A stretch of DNA of 64,000 nucleotides. It comes from Nymphaea colorata (Eukaryota). The DNA is taken from positions 24,738,001-24,802,000 of the forward strand of contig NC_045138.2 of the NCBI RefSeq assembly GCF_008831285.2. The letters run 5' to 3'. Under the pieces are notes generated by a model that saw only the letters and a list, made by a program, of their open reading frames with translations, had not been told where the DNA came from and made no database searches. Shown here one piece after another: positions 1 through 11,571 of the stretch. Numbering within the stretch: position 1 is the first letter of the stretch; the number at the start of each line of letters is the position of its first letter. Both the position numbers and the translations under genes were made by a program.

Positions 1-214
1 TAATCCCTCTTTCTGTAACTCCACCTCCCGGCGATGGAGGGTGGTGGTGGTGGTGGTGGCGGTGACTCTCAGAGGATGACGACGAGGAGGATGGTGGCGA
101 CGGGCTGGATGGCCGGGGACGAGGGGTTGGGTGATTGAAACAACGTGTGGATCCATCAGCAAAGGAATCCCGAATGTCGCGGAGGGACGCGAGATTGGCC
201 CGCTCCTCGCTCAT
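1..214 (-). CDS. Possible first coding segment of a gene continuing beyond the left edge (Ser/Pro/His-rich N-terminus, product unknown)
   Basis: ATG at 214 opens a stop-free frame to the window edge: MSEERANLASLRDIRDSFADGSTRCFNHPTPRPRPSSPSPPSSSSSSESHRHHHHHHPPSPGGGVTERG. GC-rich relative to its flank, with a possible tgcag acceptor at ~269-273. No family recognised. Confidence 0.45.
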   Translation of the reverse strand, partial: MSEERANLASLRDIRDSFADGSTRCFNHPTPRPRPSSPSPPSSSSSSSESHRHHHHHHPPSPGGGVTERGI

Positions 215-1668
215 GACAATTCATAGATATTAGCTGGTGCATTCCTAACGAGCCAGGGCCAAGAATAACTGCACATTACCAGATATTGTTTTCTTGACAA
301 AGGCACAGAAGAAGAATCTTTGATTTCCAGTCAGCATGCTATTAGCCTTTCCCTGTTTCTTCAAAAAATAACCAAAAGCAATTTGCTAAAAGGGAAAACA
401 AATTACCAGATACATCACTGCCCAAGTCAATATACATTGTTTAGCCTTTGAACTTGTCCAGCACTAGCTAATGAATGACAGAACATTGGACTTTTCTTTT
501 CGCTTAAAAAATTTTAAGTCTAACCGAGGCCAAGTTCTTGTCCTGAGCACCGACAATATTAGTTTGCATTACAGAAACCTAACAGAAATGCATTAACAAA
601 GATTGATGTTTCTTTGAAATTATGAAAACCCTTCAAAGACCAAACCACTTTAATGAGAATTGGGATAAACATCAATATATTCAAAATTATAACAATTTCA
701 TGTTCTGGTTATTTTGAAGCCGTTACAGCTAGGCATCTTGAAGGGACATGCCTCACATTTGCCTCTTTCCATTACAAAAGCATCGAATCCAAATTAGTAA
801 ATCCAACGGCATGAACTGTCCTGGTTAAATATAAAGCAAATCAATGGGCTAATAGGTTTACCGTTCAATTAATTCTCCGTTATAGTTGTTAACCTTTTCA
901 CCATCTGATTATTTCAAACCTTTGGTTATACCCGAGTTTGGCAGGGTCATATTCGGGTTCTGAATTTTGATCTGTAAGCAAAATCGATCCAAAATCCATC
1001 CGAAATATGTATTTACAAACGGAAGACAGATGTTGGATGATTTGAAACATCTCTCGACCTGTCGAAATATGTTGCTAAAATACCATGTTTTCTCCTTCAT
1101 CTATTGGTCTCCATCTAACCATTCTAAAGCAAGTTTTGGTACCTGGAAAAAGGTGTTGGTAACCTCATTTTAGTGCTGATTATGACGAGCCCCGAGTTTC
1201 TTCTTTCTCATGAGAATAACTTTTTAACAATATTTTTTTGCTTTTTAAGGAAAATAAATTGGCAGGCCTCAAGGGCAGGGGAAGTCTCATCCAGTTCTGC
1301 AATTTGAGCAGGCAGTCTCTCAACCCAAGTGGAGTTTCATTTGTATTAATCCAAACAGGCTGATTCTCTCGAAAACTTAGCTAAGCAGCAAAACAATGGG
1401 GAGTAACAAAACGGAACATATTTCTCATTCTCATCGAGTCCTATCAGTCTGTTACATGTCAAAAAGGGGGTTAAGTCCTGATAAGTAATTAACTGTGTAC
1501 AGTAAAATAGGTTAAAAAGGACCAACTCATGATGCCCAGTAAAAGACCAAGGGTGAAAGTCCTTGGGGAGGGAAGATGGTGGACCTGGCCACCTCTGCTC
1601 TATGATACAGAGTCTACAGACTACAGACCAAGACACGGTTGGCTGCCATTCAAAATGTATATGTGCTC

Positions 1669-2517
1669 TCATGGCACAGGGTAGGACTTGCTATTACACA
1701 TGCATTTGTAGGCCATGGGGCATGTCTCTGCTTCCTCGAGTGTTGCACACACAAAGCTGACCATCACCCGCCGGCATGGCGAGCAGGACCCGCATGCGTG
1801 CGAGCAATCCGGCAGGCTCGATCCGGCGACCTGGAGGGTGTCCGCTGCGGCTCTGGGTCTGCCGTGCCTCCCCTGAGTCCCCTCTGTCAAATACTCCGGT
1901 CTTAGCAGAGACAGCCTCTTAATTGCAGTTCTTGGCCGGGCAGCTAGCTGGTGATGGCTGCGATCTGTGAACAGGATCACCAAAGCATGTACGTTATAAA
2001 GAATGCACCAAGAAACATGCTTACAGACGATGACATTCACTTAGTTTGAGCTTTCTGATAAACAACTATATGGAAACCGGGTTTGGGGTGTACATGAACA
2101 TGATCAAGCTGATGTACTCTGTGGAGAATACAAACGAAAATTTTTTACTTTCGGCTAAGTTTTTCATATCCCTTTGGCCTTACTGCCAAAGACACATATA
2201 CAAACTAATCTCTGCTTTAACTTATGATGTCATTTGACTTGCCTCAGAAATAGAATTTCTTTCCTGCCAAAAAGCCAGGCCCCTAATTTCAAGTGGTAAC
2301 TTCTGGTAGAGCGTCAAAAAAACATAACTGAGGGCCTGACGCCTTGGATTTAAGTACTGCCGAACTTCATGAGAACAGAACTTGGAAAGTGAACAGTATA
2401 CTTACGTCGACGACGATGGCGGTCGATGTTCCGCGCAGCTGATGCTGATTGAAGGACGAAGAAAAGGATGAGTACAAGAATGAGGTGTTTGATGGGAAGC
2501 AGGCTCTTCGCTGCCAT
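1669..2517 (-). CDS. EPF1: EPIDERMAL PATTERNING FACTOR 1-like secreted cysteine-rich peptide (135 aa, 2 exons: 2517-2406, 1964-1669)
   Basis: Exon 1 encodes a signal peptide (MAAKSLLPIKHLILVLILFFVLQSASA) and ends at a GTAAGT donor. Exon 2 follows a cacag acceptor in matching phase and ends AGSSLPDCSHACGSCSPCRRVMVSFVCATLEEAETCPMAYKCMCNSKSYPVP, the 8-Cys EPF1/EPF2-type mature peptide, most like EPF1 as I recall it. Confidence 0.93.
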
Positions 2518-3362
2518 TGTACAAAACTAGGATCAGAAAGACAGAAGGTAGAGTATGGAAATCCGGGGACTAGTGTTGAGAGTGAGAATTTGGAAGTTGG
2601 AGTACTGTGGGAGTTGGTGGCGGAGAGGAGGGGGCAAGGAGCACCATTTAAAGGCGGTTGGAGGTGGCACATTGAAGTGGATCACAGGGTGGGCGAGGTT
2701 GGTGAGGTGGGGATCACATGAAGTACAGGAGCAGAAGTGGAGAGGTTTTTTCGGGTTTAGAGATCACAGCCACAGGGGTTGGGAGTCACCATTGCGAGTT
2801 TGAGGCTTGAGTATTTCGTATGACGTTTCATGGAAGGGAAGCAGCAGCAAGATTTGCAGCCGGCAAATGGAGTCCTGATTTACGTGAAGAACATCATCAC
2901 TCGCCTGCCGTTGCGTGTGTTGGTTAATTAAAGAGGAGGAGGAAGTGATAGTGTGGTGGGGCTGGCGCAGGCCCTTTCTGCATCTTAGGAGAGCTACGCG
3001 TGATCGTTAATGGCTACAAGGTACAAAGGAATGTAATAATGTGATATCTACTATTACACCCACGCCACCGAAAGAGGATCTCTCTCTCTCTTCCCACTGC
3101 GGTCATAATGTGACTTCTTTTAATGTTCCATAACAATGCCCTCTCTCTCTCTCCCCGGGGTGACTCTCTCCATTTATCAACCCTCTTCGGTGTTTTGTAT
3201 ATTTCGTTCTTATATTTCTTATATTTTGTTGTTGCGGTTTTTGTTCTTATATTTAAAAGACTTTTTATCTTATGCATTCTCATTTTATCAACCCTCTCTC
3301 TCTCTTTCCTCTTTCTTACTGTTGCCCAACAGTTCTTGATCCTCGAAGGTAAAGGGAAAGGA

Positions 3363-3418
3363 AGTAAAGTTTCAGCTTCTCAATTGGCTAGTAAAGTTTC
3401 AGCTTCTCAATTGGCTAG
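3363..3418. repeat. 27-bp perfect tandem duplication
   Basis: agtaaagtttcagcttctcaattggct occurs twice head-to-tail. Confidence 0.9.
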
Positions 3419-6400
3419 TGAGGTTCTCTCCCGTTCACTCGATTCTGTTCTCAATGAAATTTTGTTCACTACCCACAAGGGCTCTCGATTAAGTTGGTGG
3501 GTTGGAACCCAACATAACATAGCTGGTCTCAGGCAGGTGGGATACATGCTAGTATCACATTGTCAGTTTGATTGACATGAACACTATGGCTTTGAGTGTG
3601 TAGGTATATGAGGGAGAATGAGACAATAAGTTAGTTGACCTATAATTAGGAGCACCAACTAAGCACGCACCGGCACACCTCTAAACCTTGGAGCAAGAGA
3701 AAAAAAGGGGTTTCTTTGGCTTCCATTAAGCTAATATATTAAACATTCTTGTAGAACTGATAGCGTCGGAGACAAGTGTGGGTGCCCAAAGTAGACCAAA
3801 TAAATTACTTTATTTAGGTACTGATACCGCTATAATTTTTACTTATTCATAAACAGGAATCCCTTAAAGTTTAAACTTTAAAATTTTAGTATCTCTTCGC
3901 CAGAAATTTCTAGCTCTGCCGCTTGTTGGTCTAACATATATTCAAACTTTATATCAAATAACAAAATTGAGATGAAGCTGTATCTCTTCTAGAGGGTGGC
4001 TACGATGTCCAGCATGGCCTAAGGTGGATCCAAAATATCGGACCCCACACTGTCCCATTTTGGCGAATCCTATGGCAACGTTGATCAATGAGGTTGGATT
4101 CAGAAATAGTCTGCTATATCAAACAGAATCCAATCCATTTATGTCCCCACATCTCTCGCATGATCGGTAGAGCAGGCTTACACGCATCGAATGGTGTATA
4201 TACATTTATTATTCATTTATTCCCGTGCTGCCATGTTCCCATTATTGCCATGATCTTGGGGCAGTTATTTTGTGCTTCTTCTTCACATGCATTCAATTCA
4301 ACTAGCAGCAGGTGGGTGCCATCGCCATGAGTCCCGCTAGTAAACAGCATCATACTCTCACGGAAGAATCCTTATATAGCGATCTTCATCCAAGACTGCA
4401 ATTCCTTCCACACGTATATGTTTTGTAGCTTTCAGAAATCGATGGATCGAGGGACATCTTAGCTCGCCAACTGCTGCTGCCATGAGCACCTTCTCCGTGA
4501 TTCGCTTGCACTGGTGAAATGGTATTTAAGGTGGCACGACAGTCGAACTGGGTCTGAAAAATCCAATTTGACAAAATTTAGAGTTAATAATCTGGCCTCC
4601 CTTTGGTTATTCATGGAAAATGTTGTTTTTTATTGTCATCTAAATGCACAAATGAAATCATGTTTTAGAAACTAGTCAAGGAAACAGGTTGCCATAAGAC
4701 CTTGTTTTCATATGAACTGCCAAAAATCTGATGCATGACCATCTTACTCCCTTGAAAGTTTACATTTGCATGACATTAATCTTGGTTGAGTTTTAGTTCG
4801 ACGGATATGTTTTCAAACTAAACAACTTAGGTGGAGGCTCTTGGATCGGTTCTTTTTATCATACAGATGGGGTTTTGTGAAATGAAAATTTTCTGGAATT
4901 CTGAAAACATTGATTTGTTATGGTCTTCTATGTTTGTAGAATATGATTTACATCAATTTCAAAAACATTGTTGGGTTTTAACTTGCATTTACATCTGGGA
5001 CTGGGATTACTTTCTCGAAAAGAAACCTTGTGAACTACAAAAATTACTACATATACTTTACATTTTAAAAGTATCAGGAAAGCACTCACCGTCAGGAACT
5101 AAAAATAAGATTTACATACGTCCAACCCGACTCAGATTCAGATCAAATTCCAGATGAAAGTTTTACACTCAAAGGAAATGCTCTTCATCACCTTTTCTGA
5201 TCTTGTATCAGCAGATTAAGCTGTTCTAACTTGTACTTCGTATCCGAGCTCATGGAGATGTTACGTCCACATTATGGAATCGGATTTGACAAGATCCGAC
5301 GTTGTTCCGATCCGTTTTTGCGTCACCAACGGTTAGCAAGCAAGGAACAGATGCCAAAAGAGAAACCAGCGGCGATGCGATGGCCGGCCTCCCCGCCTCC
5401 TTCTCCTCCCACCACCCTCCTGAAAATAGGCAAAGAGGAAAGTTTGCTGTTATCTTCCCTGTATCCCGTTAGGAAAAGGAGGTGGGGAGCCCTCTCGGCA
5501 GTTCTGCGCTTCTCCCCTCTTTCTGGAATCCCTCCATCAGGCCCATCTTTTTCATCTCCCCGCCTAATCCTATCTGCTTCCTCAACATTTTCTACAAGAA
5601 TAAAAATAAAAACAAAAAAGTTAGAACTGTCGGTGTTTGTAGCATAAGAGATAAAAGAGAGAAGAAATTTAGAGACGGGTACAAATTCAAGGTGGTGGAA
5701 ATGTTCAAATCTCTAAATTGACAATTTAGAGAGGTGGCCAAACTCCAAAGTGGGGGTTTTCTGAAAGAGAGGTAAGGGAAGGTGCGGTACGTCTGTGTCG
5801 TACAGAAGAAAGCCCTGCCCTAGTGGCACCAAATTGCAACTTTTGCAAAATTTTGAATTAGTAGGGAGAAGCCACAGGACCAGCATGAAATCTTGGCAAG
5901 AAAGTAGATTGCAGGAGAAGAATCTCTGCCTTATGGCGTCTCCCCTATCTCCTTTCCGCATTTTCATCATCTTATAAGGAAAAGGTAAAGATGAACATTG
6001 CTGCGATGAGATTTTCTTAATTTCCGTTGGTTGATTTTGTGGTTGCTTTCAGATTGACGCATGCTTGGCATTGTGATCTTGTTGGTTTTGTTTGGTTTCG
6101 TCGTCGATTTTGCATTTCAATACATACGTACATGCGGGGAGGGAGGGAAAGAGAGAGAGAACCATCGTGTGATTTTGTTAGTATCTGTGGCTTTTATTAT
6201 TCTTGTGTATCGGACAATTACACCTATTTGTAACTTGTAGGTTTATGCGAGTTTTTCGTCTTTCCTGTCAGACAATACACCTATTTTAATTTGAGTTAGA
6301 TCCATGGCAATTGATTTGATGGTCTTATTGCCATATGGTTGCTTCTGTGCGGCCTTCTTTCATCTCACGCTTATATTGGAGAGACTGGTACATAACTGCT

Positions 6401-6459
6401 GAACTGCTGCTTTTCTTGTCATTTGTATTCAAATGATATCAGGTGAGGGATAGATAAAA

Positions 6460-9400
6460 ATGGCACCTGGGCTAAGCACATTGGAGGGATTAAGGACTCC
6501 ATCGTTCTCCTCTCACTGGGTGAACAGTGGCAGGTTGGATGGAAAAGCAACCGTGTCCAGTGGGTGGGCAGGAAGTGCGCATTTGATTGCAAAGCTAAAG
6601 GAGACGGTGCATCGTTTTCGGGCCACACTCGACCTTCCTCCATGTAACGAATCTGTTTCCCTGGACGAGGTATCAGACCAACAGACTTAATCCTTCTCAG
6701 TCTTCACCTCGGAATTAAATTAAAATCCTTCCCTTGTATGTTTTCTTTTACAGCCTGTTTGGATGGAGGAAGAGGGAGGGAAAGGAATGGAAAGAAAGAC
6801 ATTTCCTGTTTTGGGTGCCTAATTAATATGGAAGGAAAAGAAAGAAGAACTAATAAGTGTGTTTGGATGCATGGGAAAGGAAACAAAAAAAAAGGGAAGA
6901 AAATGAGTTTTTAATTTAATTTCAATCCCTCCGAAAATGGAGAGATGGAAGGGAAAGGAATGGATGATCAATTTCTTTCCTTTCCCTTCCCATTCTCTTC
7001 CCTTCCCTTTCCCTTCCCATTCTCTTCCCTTCCCTTTCCCTTCCATCCATTCTTTTCCTTCTCTTTCCCTTCATCCAAACACAGCGTTAAAGAAATATCC
7101 ATGCTTACCAAATATCGTTTTCGGTGATTAAATGGTTGTTTTTGCAGTTGCTTAGGCGTTCATTTGATGATCTACAGAGGCTGCACCCCAGGCATGTCTC
7201 ATGCGCTCCCATTGACAAAACTGCTTCAATTTATCAGGTCATTATGGCAGCATATAACATTCCATATTCGTTACTGATAGAATTGGAAAGTCATAAAATT
7301 GCGCTCCTTGGTCTAACAGAAACCGGATTGTTTCCATAGATCTTGCACCATTTTTATCAAACTCTTGGAGGGGTCCAACAATCGTGGGCAGTGAACTACA
7401 AAGCTGTAAAAATTGAACAAAATCGTGTTCAAATGGAAGAGGACCTCACCTTGGACCAACTGAGTATGCTCGCACCATCTTGTCCTGACAATGTGGTTCC
7501 CAAAATTGGGCTACTGACTGTGATTTTTGTGGTGAAGGTGAAATGATTTTGGAGAGGTTAGGACGCATGATTAAGGAGGCAAAGGTCATCTTTGATCTTG
7601 TGGAGGAAGATGATGAAAACAATGCTAAACACCAAGAGGCCAGATTTGATGACCTTTTAAAGGGAGATGATGACAAAAGTTCTTCAGAAGACAAGGGCTT
7701 CCGCGAGCGACCACTCACTCCAACTTCGGTTCTACCACAGACACCACAAACCTCTCTGAGATTCCATGCTGAGGATATTGTTACATACTCACCTCCATTG
7801 CTTTGGCCTCTAAGACTTCAAGCAGTAGGCAAGCTGAAGCCCATGGATGTGAAGCGCCTCTCTTTCCACATGTTTCCTCATACACCTCCTGAGGCCCGTC
7901 CTGGGATCCTCCATGGCTCGAGCAGCGAAAGCGACAACGCAAAACTGCAGGTCGAAGTAGCCAATAGTTCCAGCAGTCTAGTAGCTCCCTCTTCCATAAA
8001 ACAGCCCATGGACTTGAAGACCGCACTGAAAGACACAAGTCAAATTGTGCCTAAAGATGATACCAGTGGCACTACAAATGATCCCTCTAGGATGTCTGGT
8101 GTCATACGCAGCCCTACAAAATCATTTGTGAACAATGCCAATCCGAAAGAGATCATGAATGATAACAGCTCTGGCAGCGATGCCATGTCTGAACTTGGTT
8201 CCCATGCTGCAATGAACAAGGTCAATGAATGTCAACGTAGTGGTGATGGTACCACATTTTTGAACAAGAGCGATATAGTTAGCTTTAGTAGTGAAGCCTT
8301 TTCAAAGGGCAGCATTCCTACGCCGGCTTCCAAACCTGTATTCGTATCTCCTCCACATTTGAAGCCTATATCTCTTCGTCCTCTTAATCCTGCAGTGTCG
8401 GATCCTGTGGCTATTAGTTCTTCTCCTCCTACAGCTGCGACACCAATGTCCATACCGAGTCTCCTTCCTGCACCTCCAACTCCTGTATCTATTCATGCTC
8501 CTCCTCCAACACCTGTGAAACCGATTTCTATACATCATTTTCTCTCACAAACTTTGGAGAGTCTGTGTACCAGTTCTGCACCACCTACTCCTGTGACTCC
8601 CTCCGCTGCATATTCTACTATGTCTCCATCTTTGCAGCCTATATCTGTTCTTCCTCCTCCTCCTCCTCCTCCTCCTCCCCTTTTGCATCTGAAGCCCATA
8701 TCTGCGCATCATCCTCCTCCACCACCACCATTAAATCCAGCAACATCAAAGGTAGAGAAAGAGGCCCTTAGTAAGAATAATAGCAGCACTAACCTTTCAG
8801 ATCCAAGCCCACCTCAGCCACCAACTCCACCCCCATTAGTGTCACCGAAAAGTTCTGCTCCTCCTCCTCCTCCACCACCACCACCACCAATGCTCCTAAA
8901 AGGCGGTTCTGCTGCTCCACTACCACCAACGCAGCTTAAAGGCGGTTCTGCTCCTCCACCCCCACCAATGCCGCCAAAACTTGGCATTGCTCCTCCACCT
9001 CCACCACTTCTGCCAAGAGGTGCAGCTGCTCCTCCACCTCCACCTCCTTTAGGTGTGACGAGAGCCTTGCGCCCAAAGAAAGCAAACACCAAGCTGAAGA
9101 GATCAACACAAATTGGCAATCTTTATAGGCTTCTGAAGGGGAAACTTGAAGGCGGAACTCCAGAAGGCAAATCTCCACGTAAGTCTCAAGGTGGTAGCAG
9201 CAGTGAGAACCAGAAGCAGGGGATGGCCGATGCACTTGCTGAGATGACAAAAAGGTTTCAACATTCCCTTCAACTTGCTAAGCCAGTAAAGTCCTCAAAT
9301 TTATCATTCAGAATTTGCTTGTGCCCCGATCAGGTCAGCCTATTTTCGCCAGATTGAAGAAGATGTACAGAAGCATGCAACGGCAATAAGAGAAATGAAA

Positions 9401-10677
9401 TCAGCCATCGACTCGTTTAAAACAAAGGACATGGCTGAGTTATTAAAGTTTCATCAACACGTTGAACTTCATCTTGAAGTACTAACGGACGAGACACAGG
9501 TCTTATTCTTAATTTGTTCAGCCAGTCCTATACACTTAGCTTCTTGTTTGTGTTCCGTAAATTTTAATTATTCCTAAGAGACTTCTGTGGCAGGTGTTAT
9601 CAAAGTTTGAAGGTTTTCCAACTAAGAAGCTTGAGACTTTAAGAACCGCGTCTGCACTTTATACAAGACTAGATGCAATTGTCAAAAACTTAGAGGGCTG
9701 GAAACTTGTTTCACCACTATCACAGCAACTCAACAGGATCGAAAGTTATTTTGATAAGGTAAAGATGCAAAGATATGGAACTGCCATTGTAAATGAAATC
9801 CTATGATAATTATTGATACTTAAACGCAAACTTCTGAATGCGCAATTTTGGTGAGCTTAACCTCATTGGCCCTCATTCTGATGCAACACTTCCACGATGA
9901 GGGTTCAGTGGAATATGGAAAAGAACCGTATCCTAAGCCATACATGTTCCTTTTTTTCCCCACTTGTACTTCCGTGTGGTTTCTGCATTTGCAGATCAAA
10001 GTGGAAGTTGATTCACTGGACAGAACAAAGGATGATGAATCAAAACGTTTTCAGAGTCATCAAATTACCTTTGACTTCAACGTTCTTGTGAAAATCAAGG
10101 AAGCCATGGTGGATCTCTCCTCAAATTGCATAGAAATGGCACTAAAGGTTTGTTTTTCCCTTCTCAAATTGCATAGAAATGGCAGTAAGGGTTTGTTTTT
10201 CCCTTCTCTTCTCATTTCTGCTCTTTGGAGGACTCCAGCATTGAAATCTTCTTAGTTTTGTTGATTACGAGGCTCATCATGAATGCAATTATGCAATGTA
10301 GTGAAAGATGCATGTTCACAACTGACCCACAGGCTATCATGGCTTATCCTAGCTAGCGTGCAATTTCACACATAACACCCACTTGTTCTTTTAATAAATC
10401 ATTAGAAAATGAACATGCACATTCCAGACAAAGTCACGTTGATGATGATGGTGATATTGCCGTTGTGTTATTACAGGAAAGCAAAGAAGCAAAAACTGCA
10501 ATTAATGGTGAAAACAGTGCCAAAGCCAATGGCCGGCGGAAGTCATGCTCTCAGCTGCTTTGGAGAGCATTTCAGTTAGCCTTTAGGGTGTATCACTTTG
10601 CTGGTGGGCAAGATGATAGGGCAGAGCAATTGACTGCAGAATTGGCAAAAGAAATAGAAAGTTATCCTCTTGAATAA
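6460..10677 (+). CDS. Proline-rich protein with CHUP1-related C-terminal region (At4g04980/At1g61080-like); exons ~6460-6669, 7148-7237, 7340-7463, 7538-9254, 9334-9499, 9594-9758, 9995-10147, 10477-10677
   Basis: In-frame GT-AG exon chain. N-terminal LDLPPC motif and a long poly-Pro tract, then LKRSTQIGNLYRLLKGKLEG, GMADALAEMTKRSAYFRQIEEDV, FEGFPTKKLETLR and LLWRAFQLAFRVYHFAGGQD. An in-frame stop lies just upstream of ATG 6460. Confidence 0.85.
6752..7087. mobile_element. Tourist/PIF-Harbinger-like MITE(s) in the first coding intron
   Basis: Left ends gcctgtttggatgg (~6753) and gtgtgtttggatg (~6857) are inverted relative to catccaaacacagc (~7072-7085). The purine-rich left arm complements the pyrimidine-rich right arm, and the flanks are TTA/TAA-like. 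Confidence 0.65.
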
Positions 10678-11571
10678 TGCAGTTTGTGCTCCAGATCCGC
10701 AATATCTTCTAAAGTCATGTATCTTATTAGTACACATCATGCTATATAGAAATTTTGGTGTCTACAGAGTCAAGTAAGCATAGAGCGCCCCTTTACTGGT
10801 GCTATGGTTTATAACAAGTACAGGTATTGGCTCTTCGATCTGCTGTAAATAAAGCAAGACATTTTTTGCTGCAGGGCTATATGTAGATGGAAACAGCCTT
10901 CTAGTTTGGTACATTAAACATTCTGGGTTATTGAAGCGTTGAAGTTGAGTTGGCTTTCCATCTGAATTTGTACCTCGCAGTTTTCATGTCTGCACTTCGT
11001 CCTAAAAAACTACACTTTTGTTGATCATTTTAACTGTATCAATATTCATCTCGTGATAATTACATGCTTTTTCTGCTTTACAGATAATGTGGGTTTTTGA
11101 ATCATGCCATGTGCCCATTACAAACATGACTGCAAAAAGGAAAGCAAAACACTTCACATGCATAGAATTTGGAATGTCCTGCAAATTTTGCCTCACCAAA
11201 TTTGTCTACTTCCACGACAATGAAGTGATGGCTTAGCGCACAACACTAGCATCGTTATGTCCTAACAGGCTCGCACCTGAGCGCTTTCGTCCACACCATA
11301 TGATTGTGTGTTTTCTATAAGCATCATTCATGTACAGTTTCCGCCATCATTGGGCATTGTCTTATCATTTCTGATAAAATGGATGTCAAGCTGATAAAAC
11401 TAGTGCCACAAATTGTCAGTATCAGCTACTTGAAAAAAAAAATCTATGGTGTAGCCATTCTAGCAACTGAAGGTAAAAAAAAAATATACACAACTCACAA
11501 GAAACATTAGTGAACTACATTCTCAAAATAAAGAACCAAAAAATCAACTGTACAGCAAATTGTTGTCATAG

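Noticed and set aside
2367..2803. Overlapping ORFs of 82-101 aa around the EPF1 first exon
   Set aside because: They are alternative frames or antisense of the EPF1 exon 1 and its upstream region, with no recognisable motifs.
3123..3575. 150-aa hydrophobic ORF
   Set aside because: The hydrophobicity comes from T-rich low-complexity DNA, and the internal repeat is just the 27-bp duplication.
6819..7131. ORFs with EGKGKGREW / FPFPSHSL repeats
   Set aside because: They are translations of the MITE's simple purine/pyrimidine repeats.
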